This document shows positions 37,396 to 47,384 of a DNA stretch of 64,000 nt, one piece after another. Source of the DNA: Planctomycetota bacterium (GTDB lineage: Bacteria > Planctomycetota > B15-G4 > JADJEK01); contig JBGAIQ010000013.1 in assembly GCA_044225365.1 (NCBI GenBank), positions 80,261 to 144,260 of the forward strand. Reading direction: 5' to 3'. Positions within the stretch are counted from its first letter, which is position 1. Every line of letters begins with the position of its first letter. The position numbers and the translations under genes are program-made. A model generated the notes under the pieces. It made no database searches, was not told where the DNA came from, and was given only the letters and a program-made list of their open reading frames with translations.

Positions 37396-40300
37396 ATGAT
37401 CCTGCTGCACATTGGTCTCCTCGACGGAGAGCTCGTCCTCTTCGGCGAGGCGCCGCTCGAACGCGCACTGCGCGGTCGCGTGGCGAACTATCCGTTCGAC
37501 GCCGGCGTGAAGGGCCTCGAGTTCGCGCTCGAGCAGCTCTCCGTCGCGCCGCGTCGTGGGGTGGCGGCGCACCTCGCGGGGCTCCTCTGGGTGCCGACGC
37601 AGGGGGAGCAGCCCATTCCGTCGAGCGCGCTCATCTCCGACGCCGCCGTCCTGCGCGGCGACACCGAGCTGAAGCCGTGGCGGATCACGCTCCGTCCGCT
37701 CGACATGGCCGCGGCCGCCAAGCTGCTCTTCGCGTGCGCGGGCAAGCGCAGCGTCGCTCCGGGCGTCGTCGTCGGCGATGACGTCGGCTACTGGCTCGAC
37801 GCGATCCGCTTCGCGGCGTCGCTGGTCGCGCGACAGCGCTACCTGCCGGACGTCGGTCCGAACAAGAACGCGCGCTGGATCGCGGTGATTCGCGATCAGG
37901 ACGGCGAGATCTTCGAACGCCTCGCGCGCGATCTGCCGACGATCTCCCGCGCGCTGACGGTCCACAATGCGAGCACCGCGCCGCTGCGCTCGCGCGCCGC
38001 GATGCTCCGCGAATTCCTCGATCACAGTGTCGAGCAGCTCGTGCGGCACTCGATCCCGCTCGTGCCGGACGCCGACGAGCCGATCGTCTACGGAAGCGAT
38101 GACGAGTTCGACGACGGCGGCGTCCACGACGCGTGGCTCGAGGCGCTCGAGGGTGACGAAAGCGCGATCCAGTCGGGCGACGGCGAGATCCGCGCGCTCG
38201 AAGCGCAGGTGTCGCAATGGCGTCGCCGACTGTCGACGGGCGTTGCCGCGACCGTGCGATTGTGCCTGCGGCTCGAGCCGCCCGAGGAGCATGCGGCCAC
38301 GGCGGCCGCCACGGGCCGCGGTTGGTACGTGCGCTACCTGCTCCAGCCGCACGCCGATCAGAACCTGCTCATCCCGATCCAGGATGCGCTGAACACCGGC
38401 GCGCGGCGCGTGCTGAAGCTCCCAGGCAGCAGCGCGGAATGGCGCGAATCGATCCTGGCGTGGCTCGGACAAGCGGCATCGATCGCTCCGGAGATCGCGG
38501 ACAGCCTGAAGGAGAAGGAAGCTCCGGGCTGCTGGCTCGACGACGTCGGCGCCCATCGGTTCCTCACGTTGCACGCGATGGCGCTCGAGCAGGCGGGCTT
38601 CGCCGTCCTGCTGCCGAGCTGGTGGACGACGGGGCCGAGTCGCCCACAGATCGAAGTGCGCGTTCGCGCGAAGAGCCCGCCGATGCACGGCAACGGCACG
38701 CTGTCGCTCAACCAGCTCGTTGAGTTCGACTGGGAGGTCGCGCTCGGCGACGATGTCCTGGAGAAGGCCGAGCTCGAAGAACTCGCGCAGAAGAACGCGC
38801 CGCTCGTGCGCCTTCGCGGCAAATGGGTCGAGATCGATCCGGAGCGCGTCGCCGCGGCGATCGAGTATCAGCGAAAGTCGGCAGGCGAGATGTCGCTGCG
38901 CGATCTCCTGCGCCTTGCGTGCTCCGATCACGTCGACGACCGAAGGCTCGTGTTCGGCGGCGTGCGCGCGACGGGTTGGGTGCGCGATCTCCTCGATCGC
39001 CTGATGGACCACACCGTGCTCGAGATGCTCGAGACGCCGAAGGGCTTCCTCGGGACTCTGCGCCCGTATCAGTCGCGCGGTTACTCGTGGCTCGCATTCC
39101 TGCGCAAGTTCGGCCTCGGCGCGTGTCTCGCGGACGACATGGGCCTCGGCAAGACGATCCAGGCGCTCGCGCTGATCCAACGCGAGCGCGAAGCGGGCGA
39201 GGTGCGTCCGGTTCTGCTGGTCTGCCCAACGTCCGTCGTCAACAACTGGAAGAAAGAGGCCGAGCGCTTCACGCCGACGCTCACCGTCCTCATCCATCAC
39301 GGCGTCTCGCGCAATCGCGGCGAAGCGTTCATCGAGGCGGCGCAGAAGCACGCACTCGTGTTGTCGAGCTACTCGCTGTTGCAGCGGGACATCGAATTCC
39401 TCGAGCGAGTGAACTTCGCGGGAGTGATCCTCGACGAAGCGCAGAACATCAAGAACCCCGAGACGAAGCAAGCGCGCGCCGCCAAATCGCTGCGGGCGGA
39501 CTATCGCTCGGCGCTCACGGGCACGCCCGTCGAGAACAACGTCGGCGATCTGTGGTCGATCATGGACTTTTTGAACGGGGGCCTGCTCGGCACGCAGCCG
39601 GAGTTCCGCCGCAACTACTTCGTGCCGATCCAGCACGAGGGCAACGCCGAAGCGTCGGCACGCTTGCGCAAGGTCACGGGACCGTTCGTGCTGCGTCGCC
39701 TCAAGACCGATCGCAGCGTCATCACCGATCTGCCCGAGAAGCAGGAGATGAAGGTCTACTGCTCGCTGACGCGCGAGCAGGCTGCGCTCTACGAAGCGGT
39801 GCTTCGCGAGACCGAGGCTGCGCTCGAGTCGGCGACCGGAATCGGAAGGCGCGGTCTCATCCTCGCGACGCTCACGCGCCTGAAGCAGATCTGCAATCAT
39901 CCCGCGCACTATCTCGGCGAGACGACGCCGCCCTCGATCGATCGTTCGGGCAAACTCGCGCGCCTCTCGGAGATGGTCGAAGAGATCATCGAAGTCGGCG
40001 ATCGCGCGCTGGTGTTCAGTCAGTACGCCGCGATGGGGCAGCTCCTCAAGACGCATCTCGAAGAGCAATTCGGCCGCGAGACGCTCTTCCTCCACGGTTC
40101 GATCCCGAAGAAGAAGCGCGACGACATGGTCGACCGCTTCCAGGCGTCCGACGATGGCCCGCCGATCTTCATCCTGTCGCTGAAAGCCGGCGGCTTCGGT
40201 CTCAACCTCACGCGTGCGAATCACGTCTTCCACTTCGATCGCTGGTGGAACCCCGCAGTGGAGGAGCAGGCGACCGACCGTGCGTTCCGCATCGGTCAGT

Positions 40301-40488
40301 CGCGGAACGTGCAGGTGCACAAGCTCATCTGCGCCGGCACGCTCGAGGAGAAGATCGACGAGCTCATCGAGAAGAAGCGCGAGATCGCGCAGACGATCGT
40401 GGGCGGCGGCGAACAGTGGCTCACCGAGCTGTCGAACGACGAACTGCGCGACATCATCTCGCTGCGCGCGGATGCGATCGGGGAGTGA
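37396..40488 (+). CDS. SNF2-family helicase/ATPase (DUF3670-type)
   Basis: LADDMGLGKT, DEAQNIKN, ALTGTPVEN, SLKAGGFGLNL, QATDRAFRIGQ. Confidence 0.95.
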   Translation: MILLHIGLLDGELVLFGEAPLERALRGRVANYPFDAGVKGLEFALEQLSVAPRRGVAAHLAGLLWVPTQGEQPIPSSALISDAAVLRGDTELKPWRITLRPLDMAAAAKLLFACAGKRSVAPGVVVGDDVGYWLDAIRFAASLVARQRYLPDVGPNKNARWIAVIRDQDGEIFERLARDLPTISRALTVHNASTAPLRSRAAMLREFLDHSVEQLVRHSIPLVPDADEPIVYGSDDEFDDGGVHDAWLEALEGDESAIQSGDGEIRALEAQVSQWRRRLSTGVAATVRLCLRLEPPEEHAATAAATGRGWYVRYLLQPHADQNLLIPIQDALNTGARRVLKLPGSSAEWRESILAWLGQAASIAPEIADSLKEKEAPGCWLDDVGAHRFLTLHAMALEQAGFAVLLPSWWTTGPSRPQIEVRVRAKSPPMHGNGTLSLNQLVEFDWEVALGDDVLEKAELEELAQKNAPLVRLRGKWVEIDPERVAAAIEYQRKSAGEMSLRDLLRLACSDHVDDRRLVFGGVRATGWVRDLLDRLMDHTVLEMLETPKGFLGTLRPYQSRGYSWLAFLRKFGLGACLADDMGLGKTIQALALIQREREAGEVRPVLLVCPTSVVNNWKKEAERFTPTLTVLIHHGVSRNRGEAFIEAAQKHALVLSSYSLLQRDIEFLERVNFAGVILDEAQNIKNPETKQARAAKSLRADYRSALTGTPVENNVGDLWSIMDFLNGGLLGTQPEFRRNYFVPIQHEGNAEASARLRKVTGPFVLRRLKTDRSVITDLPEKQEMKVYCSLTREQAALYEAVLRETEAALESATGIGRRGLILATLTRLKQICNHPAHYLGETTPPSIDRSGKLARLSEMVEEIIEVGDRALVFSQYAAMGQLLKTHLEEQFGRETLFLHGSIPKKKRDDMVDRFQASDDGPPIFILSLKAGGFGLNLTRANHVFHFDRWWNPAVEEQATDRAFRIGQSRNVQVHKLICAGTLEEKIDELIEKKREIAQTIVGGGEQWLTELSNDELRDIISLRADAIGE

Positions 40489-40492
40489 ACGG

Positions 40493-41392
40493 ATGGCGAT
40501 GCCGGATCCCAACGACGACGAAGAAGGCGTGAAGAACGGCGAGGTGGCCGCGAACGGCGATCCCGTGCTCGGGGAGCCGACGGCGGCGGCTGCGGAGTCT
40601 GCGACTTCATCGATCCCCGTCGAATCCATCGCGGACGCTCCGCCGCGACCGCGTGCCGAACTCTGGCTGCTCGCGCAGCTCGAGGCGTTCGGCCAGCCGG
40701 TCCGCGATCCGTCGAAGCGACCGAAGGTCGTATCGATCGAGGTGAAGCGCGGGCTCGTGAACGCGACGCTGAGAACTGCACGGCGGAGCATCGTCGGCGT
40801 GAGCATCGAGGTGCCGGCGTTGCCGGATTCGGCCTGGATGCTGATCTCGAGCATCTTCTCCGAGCACACACTGATGGTGGCTCGCCTGCTCGCAGGCGAA
40901 CTGCCCGAGTCGTTCCTCGCCCTCCTGTCGGAGAAGGGCGTTGCGCTGCTGCCGGGCAAGGACGACGGCGTCGTCGCCCATTGCGAATGCGACGTCCTGC
41001 TCGAGCGCTGCGAGCATCGGACCGCGGTCTTCGAACTCCTCGCGAGCGAGCTCGATCGCGACTCGTTCCTGCTCTTCCTGCTGCGCGGTCGCGAACGCGC
41101 GGAGGTGCTGAAGCTCCTCGGCGACGACGAAGAACACGTGCTCGGAACGGGCGAGGACGAAGCGCCCGGCGAACTCGAAGCGCTGCCAACGGATCCCGAG
41201 GCGTTCTGGGCCGCGCCGGTCACGGAGCCGCTGCATCTCGGCGAGGTGAAGGAGCCCGAGGTGCCTGCGGTGCTGGTGCGTCGCCTCGGCGAGTTCCCGT
41301 TCTGGCGCGGCACGCGCGCGCTCGTTCCGGCGTTGGAGCGAGTGTATCGCCGCGCGTCGAAGGCCGCGATCGAGCTCCTGCGCGGCGGCTAG
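40493..41392 (+). CDS. SWIM zinc-finger protein (SNF2 partner)
   Basis: LLAGELP...LLP...CECD...CEH...LFLLRG; 4 nt after the SNF2 stop. Confidence 0.8.
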   Translation: MAMPDPNDDEEGVKNGEVAANGDPVLGEPTAAAAESATSSIPVESIADAPPRPRAELWLLAQLEAFGQPVRDPSKRPKVVSIEVKRGLVNATLRTARRSIVGVSIEVPALPDSAWMLISSIFSEHTLMVARLLAGELPESFLALLSEKGVALLPGKDDGVVAHCECDVLLERCEHRTAVFELLASELDRDSFLLFLLRGRERAEVLKLLGDDEEHVLGTGEDEAPGELEALPTDPEAFWAAPVTEPLHLGEVKEPEVPAVLVRRLGEFPFWRGTRALVPALERVYRRASKAAIELLRGG

Positions 41393-41404
41393 GCGGCGAG
41401 CGGC

Positions 41405-42277
41405 GTGGACACCCCGGGCCACTCGAGACGTCGATTCCTGGTCACGACGGCCGCCGTCCTAGGGAGCGCGTTCGTCGCACCGTCCGCGACGGCTTGGGGG
41501 CTGCTCGGGCACAGCCTCGTCGGCGCGATCGGCGATCTCGAGTCGAGCGAGAACACGCGGAAGTGGGTCCGCGAGCTGCTCGACGGCAAGAGCCTCGGCG
41601 ACTCCGACATCGCGAATTGGGCCGACGTGATCAAGCTCGACGAGACGAACACCAAGTCGTGGCACACGGTCGCGATCCCGCTCGGCGCGAAGAGGAGCGA
41701 CGGCAAGCGCATCGAGAGCTACGCTCATCACGGCAACTGCGTCACGGTGAAGCTGCGCGAGATGCTCGCGATCGTGCAGGACGACGGCCGTGCGAAGGAC
41801 GAGCGCGCCCGCGCGTTGAAGTTCGTCGTGCATTTCATGGGCGATCTGCATCAGCCATTGCATTGCGCGGAGCGTCTCACGACCGCGGGCAAGTACGACC
41901 ACTTCGGTATGGACGTCTACGTGCGCTGGCCCGGTCGCAACACGGCGCGCCCGCTGCATCGGGCATGGGACCGCGATGTGGTCGAGTTCGTCGTCGATTC
42001 GGTGAGCGGTCACGGCGCGAGCGCCGAGGCTTGCGCCAAGGCGCTCGTCGCGCAGGCGACGGCGGAGGACCGCAAAGCGGCGGCAGCGGGCTCGATCGAC
42101 GATTGGGCCTGGGAGAGCCACGAGCTCGCCCGCACGATCGCCTACCCCGGCATCCCCATCACCGACCGAATCGTGCAGCTCGACCGCGAGTACAAGAAGC
42201 GCGCAATGGCCACCGTGAAGTCGCAGCTCCTTCGGGCGGGGCTGCGACTCGGGTACGCGCTGAACGCTCTCGGGTGA
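41405..42277 (+). CDS. S1/P1 nuclease with Tat signal peptide
   Basis: SRRRFL twin-arginine; mature N-terminus WGLLGH; WAD; HFMGDLHQPLH; LHRAWD. Confidence 0.9.
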   Translation: MDTPGHSRRRFLVTTAAVLGSAFVAPSATAWGLLGHSLVGAIGDLESSENTRKWVRELLDGKSLGDSDIANWADVIKLDETNTKSWHTVAIPLGAKRSDGKRIESYAHHGNCVTVKLREMLAIVQDDGRAKDERARALKFVVHFMGDLHQPLHCAERLTTAGKYDHFGMDVYVRWPGRNTARPLHRAWDRDVVEFVVDSVSGHGASAEACAKALVAQATAEDRKAAAAGSIDDWAWESHELARTIAYPGIPITDRIVQLDREYKKRAMATVKSQLLRAGLRLGYALNALG

Positions 42278-42283
42278 TTCTCC

Positions 42284-42458
42284 GGACCGCCACGCTCCAG
42301 CGTGGCATCCAGACGCCATGCATGCGGACGGTCGGACCGCCACGCTCCAGCGTGGCATCCGATGGATGCCGGGCAGAGCCCGGCGGTCCGGGGAATTCAC
42401 AAGGACCGCCACGCTCCAGCGTGGCATCCCATTGCTGCCGGGCGGAGCCCGGCGGTCC
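42284..42458. repeat. REP/REPIN-like cluster B
   Basis: GGACCGCCACGCTCCAGCGTGGCAT at 42284, 42334 and 42403, with two inverted partner elements; between convergent genes. Confidence 0.88.
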
Positions 42459-42461
42459 AGC

Positions 42462-45400
42462 TCAGCGTCCCCGTAGGAACGTCGCCTTTTCCGTGAGCGG
42501 GGCGGTCGACAGCGAGATGGGGCGATGGAGGCCGCCGGCGCCGTACCAGTCGTAGACCCGGATCTCGAGGCGGTGCCGCGTGCCCGTGAGCGCGTCGGTG
42601 AGGCGATGGCTCGCCTTCTGATCGAAGGCCGTCTTCTTGTTCGGGATGTCGCCGCCCTGGCCCGCGAGCGCGCCGTCGAACTCCACCCAGTACGCGTCGT
42701 CGGCGCCGTCGATGTTCATGAAGAGCGGTTTGCCGACCCAATCCGCGGGGAGATCGAGGTCGATCGCGTAGCGCGCGTAGCCGTCGAGCGTGGGATAGCC
42801 TTCGCCCTCCCACGCATGTCCGATGTGGATGGGGTTCCAATCCCCGGGCTTCTCGCCCTCCGGCTCGATGCGGAACTGCCATTCCTTCGGCGTCAGGTCG
42901 AACGTGCTCGCGACGAGCTTGTCGCGCATCGCGGCGACGAGATCCGGGGGCAACTCGTGTTCGGGCGCGCGCTCGCGCAGCAGATCGCGAATCCTACTTC
43001 GCAGGTACTCGCCGGCCGCGTTGCCGGTGAGAGGTAACGAGCACACCGCGAGTCGACCCTTCCCGACCCGCGTCGTGAAGAGCATCGAGAAGTCGGTCGT
43101 CACGCCGGTGTCGTGTGAAGCGACGAACGAGACGATGGGATCGATGGAGTCGAAGATCTCGTGAATCGGAATGAGTCCGGTGGGATGGAGGTCCTTCACG
43201 CAGAGGTCGACGAAGAACTCTCGTGTCATCTCGCCGACGAAGGGATCGTTCCCCATCCAGATCGTGCCGGTCAGCGTCCACTTCTTCTCGGCGACGAAGG
43301 AGCCCGGCCGCTCGGAGGTCGTGAGGAGGACGTGCGCGCCCTGCTCGAGCGAATCGAGGATCTTCGTGGAAAGAGCGTCGGCTACGATGAACGACGCATC
43401 GCCGTGATCGCTCGCCGTCGTGTGGAAGTCGCTGCCCGTCGATTCGAATCGCGGCGGCACGACGTAGAACGCCCAATGGTTGCTGCGTTCGTCTTGGCCC
43501 TTGCCGAGCGTGACTTCGAGCGTCACGGCGAACGGAGCGACGACATCGGGCGGGTCGATGTCGATGGTGCCCACCGTGACGACGCTCCCCGGCGCGATCT
43601 CTTGGTGCTCGATCTCGCCCGCCGCTTCTTCGCCGAACGACCAGCGAATCGTGCCTGCAGGAAGGGGCACCTTGCCGTGATGCGCGACGAGGAGCGGCAA
43701 TGAGACGGCGTCGTGCGACGCGAGCGAGCGTGGAGTCCCAGGTTGGAGCAACAGCATCGTGTCGCCCTGGAAATCCCATTCGTCCGCGCGCCACTTCCAG
43801 CGATCGAACGCATCGCACAGGCCCATCGAGGCGAGTCGGAAGTCGCGGACGACGGAGACGACGTACCCGCCATCCGGCTGGAGCGCGCGGAACGCCTCGA
43901 TCTGATCCTTGCGTTCGTTCAGGCAGTAGCGCAGCGAATCGATCGCGAGGCGAGGCACGAGTGACGCGCCGAAGCGCGCGGCGAAACGATCCTCCCACGC
44001 ATCGAGCGCCGCGAGCGCCGTGGGACGGAATCGATCCTCGGCGTCGCGCACCGTCGGGCGATCGAGCCAGGTATCGGCCGCGATCGCTTCGCCCAGCAGC
44101 AGCGGCATCGGCTTTCGCGCCGAGGAGTCGGTGATGAATTGCTCGAAGCGCGCGAGCGTCCCCGGCCATTGATCGTTGTTGCCATAGGGATGATCGTCGT
44201 AGAAGTCGTGCACACGATTCCACTCGATCCACGACGAGTCGTCTTCGATGAATGCGTTCGGGATCTCCGCGTGCGCCTTGTCGTAGAGCGACTGCATGAC
44301 CTCGAGCGGCGCGGAAGGACCCGTCTCGCACGTCAGACTGCGCACGATCACGGACGGATGCGAACGGTCGTGATGGAAGAACTCCTCGAACTCCGTGAAC
44401 AGCTTCTCGCGCGTCGCTTCGGCGAACGACGGATGCCACGTCGGATACTCGATCCACGCGAGCATGCCGAGGCGATCCATCGCGTCGAGCAGTCGCTGCG
44501 GCGGGATCCACAGACAGAACTTGATGAGATTGAAGCCGCGAGCCTGCGCCTCACGGATCTCGCGCTCGAATTCCTCCACGCCGCGATTCGGCGCGCGCAA
44601 CGGCGGGTAGTAGCCCCATTCGAGGATGCCGCGAACATTCAGCGGATGGCCGTTGAAGAGGATGCGACGGCCGTCGGCGCGCAGTGTGCGAAAGCCCACG
44701 TTGCGCTCGATGCGATCGATGACGCCGCCCTTGCGATCGAGGAGGCTCACCGAAACCGGGTACAGCACGGGAGCGAGCGGCTCCCACGCCTCGATCGATC
44801 CCGCCTCCGCTTCGTTCGAGAGGTCGATCTCGCTTCGCTCGGACGTGATCTTCCGCACGATGGGGACGCCGTGGAGCGCGATCGCGACTTCGATGTTCGG
44901 GCTCTTCGCGCCGCCGACGAGCGGAGCTTCGACGATCAGCTTCTTGCGTTCGAAGTCGCCGAACACGAGGACGCGCGCGTCGTCGAGCGACGGATTCGCC
45001 GTCGCGACGAGTCGAACCGACTGCCAGATGCCGCCGAAGTGCGGCTGCACGATCGGCAGGAAACCCTGCGTGTCGTGACCGACCTTCTCGTCGACCATCA
45101 CCTGCAGTTGGTTGGCGCCGGGCTTCAGTACGTGAGTGACGTCGCAGCGAAAAGGCGTCCAGCCTCCGAGGTGCTCGCCGATGAGTTGCCCGTTGAGGAA
45201 GACATGCGCCTCAGTCGCGACGGCGTCGAAGGCGAGATCGATGCGTTCGCCCTTCAGGTCGGTCGGCGCGATGAAATCGAGGCGATAGGTGGCGATGCCG
45301 TCGAAGCCGTCGCCCAGCGCGCTCTCGAACGCCTCGGGAACGACGATGTCCTTCCAGACCGTTTCCGCGCGCGATGGATCACCGGTCGTGATCCGCCAGA

Positions 45401-45470
45401 CTCCGTCGAGGAGCCTCTCGTCATGCGGAGGAGATACGAGTGCGAGGAGGAGCGCAATGGATGAGAGCAT
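42462..45470 (-). CDS. Secreted glycoside hydrolase family 2 protein
   Basis: LAFDAVATEAHVFLNG...HLGGWTPF, GGIWQSV, GFR...NGHPL, SHPSVI; extra C-terminal galactose-binding-like domain. Confidence 0.82.
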   Translation of the reverse strand: MLSSIALLLALVSPPHDERLLDGVWRITTGDPSRAETVWKDIVVPEAFESALGDGFDGIATYRLDFIAPTDLKGERIDLAFDAVATEAHVFLNGQLIGEHLGGWTPFRCDVTHVLKPGANQLQVMVDEKVGHDTQGFLPIVQPHFGGIWQSVRLVATANPSLDDARVLVFGDFERKKLIVEAPLVGGAKSPNIEVAIALHGVPIVRKITSERSEIDLSNEAEAGSIEAWEPLAPVLYPVSVSLLDRKGGVIDRIERNVGFRTLRADGRRILFNGHPLNVRGILEWGYYPPLRAPNRGVEEFEREIREAQARGFNLIKFCLWIPPQRLLDAMDRLGMLAWIEYPTWHPSFAEATREKLFTEFEEFFHHDRSHPSVIVRSLTCETGPSAPLEVMQSLYDKAHAEIPNAFIEDDSSWIEWNRVHDFYDDHPYGNNDQWPGTLARFEQFITDSSARKPMPLLLGEAIAADTWLDRPTVRDAEDRFRPTALAALDAWEDRFAARFGASLVPRLAIDSLRYCLNERKDQIEAFRALQPDGGYVVSVVRDFRLASMGLCDAFDRWKWRADEWDFQGDTMLLLQPGTPRSLASHDAVSLPLLVAHHGKVPLPAGTIRWSFGEEAAGEIEHQEIAPGSVVTVGTIDIDPPDVVAPFAVTLEVTLGKGQDERSNHWAFYVVPPRFESTGSDFHTTASDHGDASFIVADALSTKILDSLEQGAHVLLTTSERPGSFVAEKKWTLTGTIWMGNDPFVGEMTREFFVDLCVKDLHPTGLIPIHEIFDSIDPIVSFVASHDTGVTTDFSMLFTTRVGKGRLAVCSLPLTGNAAGEYLRSRIRDLLRERAPEHELPPDLVAAMRDKLVASTFDLTPKEWQFRIEPEGEKPGDWNPIHIGHAWEGEGYPTLDGYARYAIDLDLPADWVGKPLFMNIDGADDAYWVEFDGALAGQGGDIPNKKTAFDQKASHRLTDALTGTRHRLEIRVYDWYGAGGLHRPISLSTAPLTEKATFLRGR

Positions 45471-45580
45471 CCCTAGAGCCTATCGCTCGCTCCGCCTCGC
45501 GGGCAGGCGTTGCATGCGCTGCCGTCTCGAAGCGATATACTCGCGACCCCCGCCAAGAACCGCCCAGCACGACGGCCCGC

Positions 45581-47359
45581 ATGCTCGAACTCGTCCTCTC
45601 CGCGATCCTCTTCTTGCAGCAGCCCACGCCCACAAAGGCCGAGGACGCGCAACTCCAATTGATCTTGCGCGACGCGCGATCGTCGCAGCAGGCAGTGCGG
45701 TCGGCGGCCTACGACGGACTCCTGAAGCGCGGCGAGGAAGGCAAGAAGCTGCTCGTCTCCCTGCTGCGCGAAGCGGAGGACAAGGCGGCGAAGGACGTCG
45801 CGGCTCTGCCGCGCTCGAGCGAGGCTCAGGCGTTTCGTAGTTGGCAGAAGAAGGAGATCGCGGCGGCCCGCGAAGCGGCGCTCGCGATCATTCGCGACCC
45901 GAAGCTCTATCCGGACGACGCGCACGGTGCGGTGGGCCAGCCGCTCGTGAACGAGAAAGTTGCTCGGCTGCGCGAGTTGTGGCTGCACCCGACCTTCCAA
46001 TTCACCCAGCGCGTGTCGAGCGCGAACGCCTGCCTCGATCGCGTCGCCGAGATCGACGAATGGCTCACGCGGATCGGCGAACTACCGAAACGCTTCGCGA
46101 CGCGTGAAGCTGCGATGCTCTCTCTCGATCCGGAGCTCGACGGTTTCTCGCTGATGTACGACAAGGCGAAGCAGAGAGATCTCGACGACATCGAAGAAGA
46201 GAACGCGACCGGACCCTCGGCGGCGACCGACGAAGAGCGCCGGTTCGCGAAGATCCTGAACGACTATCGCGTGATGCTCGGCCTCCAGCCCGTGCGACTC
46301 ATCGATCCGCTCGTGATCGCGGCACGCAAACACAGTCAGGAGATGCAGGATCTCGATTACTTCGCCCACGAGTCGCCCGTGACCGAGAACCGAACGCCTT
46401 CCGACCGCGCGCGGCGAGAGGGCCACACCGGACCCGTCCTCGAGAACTGTGCGGTCTCCGACGACGCCATGGACGCCTTCCGCGGGTGGTACACGAGCTC
46501 AGGACATCATCGCGGCCTGATCTCCGAGAGTGCGCAAGTGCTCGGAATCGGTCAGTCGATCGCAAAGGACGGGTCGGGCGGCCGCGACTGGACGATGATG
46601 GCGGGGCCGGGAAATGCGCCGAAGGCGAAGAACGCGAAGCCGAGTCCGCGCGAACTACTCGCATCGCGCAAGAAGAAGCTGAAACCGAAGGACGTCGACA
46701 CGCGATTCGCGCTCGCCAAGTTCTGCCAGAAGAACGGCCTCGCGGACGATGCGAAGGTGCTGCTCGAAGAGATCGTCTCGATCGACCCCGACAACAAGAC
46801 GGCGCACGCGATGCTCGGCCACATGAACGTCGGCGGCAAGTGGATGTCCGCCGAAGAGCGCCTCGAGGTCGAACTCGCGTCGCGACCCAAGGACGAAGTG
46901 ATCGCGTCGGCGGGAAGTCTCCTGAACGACGACGATTCGTTCTCGCGCGTCGCGGCGCTGAAGGTGCTCGCGCGGACGAACGATCCGCGCGCGATCGTCG
47001 TCGTCGCCAAGGCGTTGAAGGACAAGGCGTCGGAGGTACGACTCGCAGCGTGCAACGCGCTCGGTGCACTCACGGCCAAGGATCAGATTCCCGCGCTGAA
47101 GCTCCTCCTCGCCGACGCGAGCTTCTACGTGGCGCACGCCGCCGCCGTCGTGCTCTTCAATCTCGGAGATCACTCCGGAGTCGCGACCCTCTTCGCATCG
47201 CTCCGCAGTCCCGATCTCAATCACCGCATCGACGCGCACAAGCAAGCGCGCGCGTTGTTCGGACAGGACTTCGGTTATGCTTGGGACCTCCCCGAGACCG
47301 AGCGCGCGAAGGTCGTCGACCAGTGGGAGAATTGGGTGAAGGAACAGTTCGCGCACTGA
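45581..47359 (+). CDS. Secreted CAP (SCP) domain protein with HEAT repeats
   Basis: NDYR..GL...AARKHSQEM...YFAHES, ENCA, WYTSSGHH; C-terminal HEAT repeats (LKDKASEVRLAACNALG). Confidence 0.82.
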   Translation: MLELVLSAILFLQQPTPTKAEDAQLQLILRDARSSQQAVRSAAYDGLLKRGEEGKKLLVSLLREAEDKAAKDVAALPRSSEAQAFRSWQKKEIAAAREAALAIIRDPKLYPDDAHGAVGQPLVNEKVARLRELWLHPTFQFTQRVSSANACLDRVAEIDEWLTRIGELPKRFATREAAMLSLDPELDGFSLMYDKAKQRDLDDIEEENATGPSAATDEERRFAKILNDYRVMLGLQPVRLIDPLVIAARKHSQEMQDLDYFAHESPVTENRTPSDRARREGHTGPVLENCAVSDDAMDAFRGWYTSSGHHRGLISESAQVLGIGQSIAKDGSGGRDWTMMAGPGNAPKAKNAKPSPRELLASRKKKLKPKDVDTRFALAKFCQKNGLADDAKVLLEEIVSIDPDNKTAHAMLGHMNVGGKWMSAEERLEVELASRPKDEVIASAGSLLNDDDSFSRVAALKVLARTNDPRAIVVVAKALKDKASEVRLAACNALGALTAKDQIPALKLLLADASFYVAHAAAVVLFNLGDHSGVATLFASLRSPDLNHRIDAHKQARALFGQDFGYAWDLPETERAKVVDQWENWVKEQFAH

Positions 47360-47384
47360 GACAGCAACCGAGCGGTATGGAGTC

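Noticed and set aside
36946-41313. 1455-aa minus-strand ORF and similar long antisense ORFs (3793-6738, 18081-20927, 27426-29705, 34823-37399)
   Set aside because: They shadow well-supported genes on the opposite strand, as expected at high GC, and have no recognisable motifs.
42284-42458. Identical 25-mers with variable spacers as a mini-CRISPR
   Set aside because: Spacing is irregular, spacers contain a recurring partner palindrome, and copies are dispersed at three loci, which fits REP elements.
45500-45520. Additional sigma54 promoter before the CAP gene
   Set aside because: GG-N10-GC is present but lacks both TGGCA and TTGC context, so it is likely chance at this GC content.
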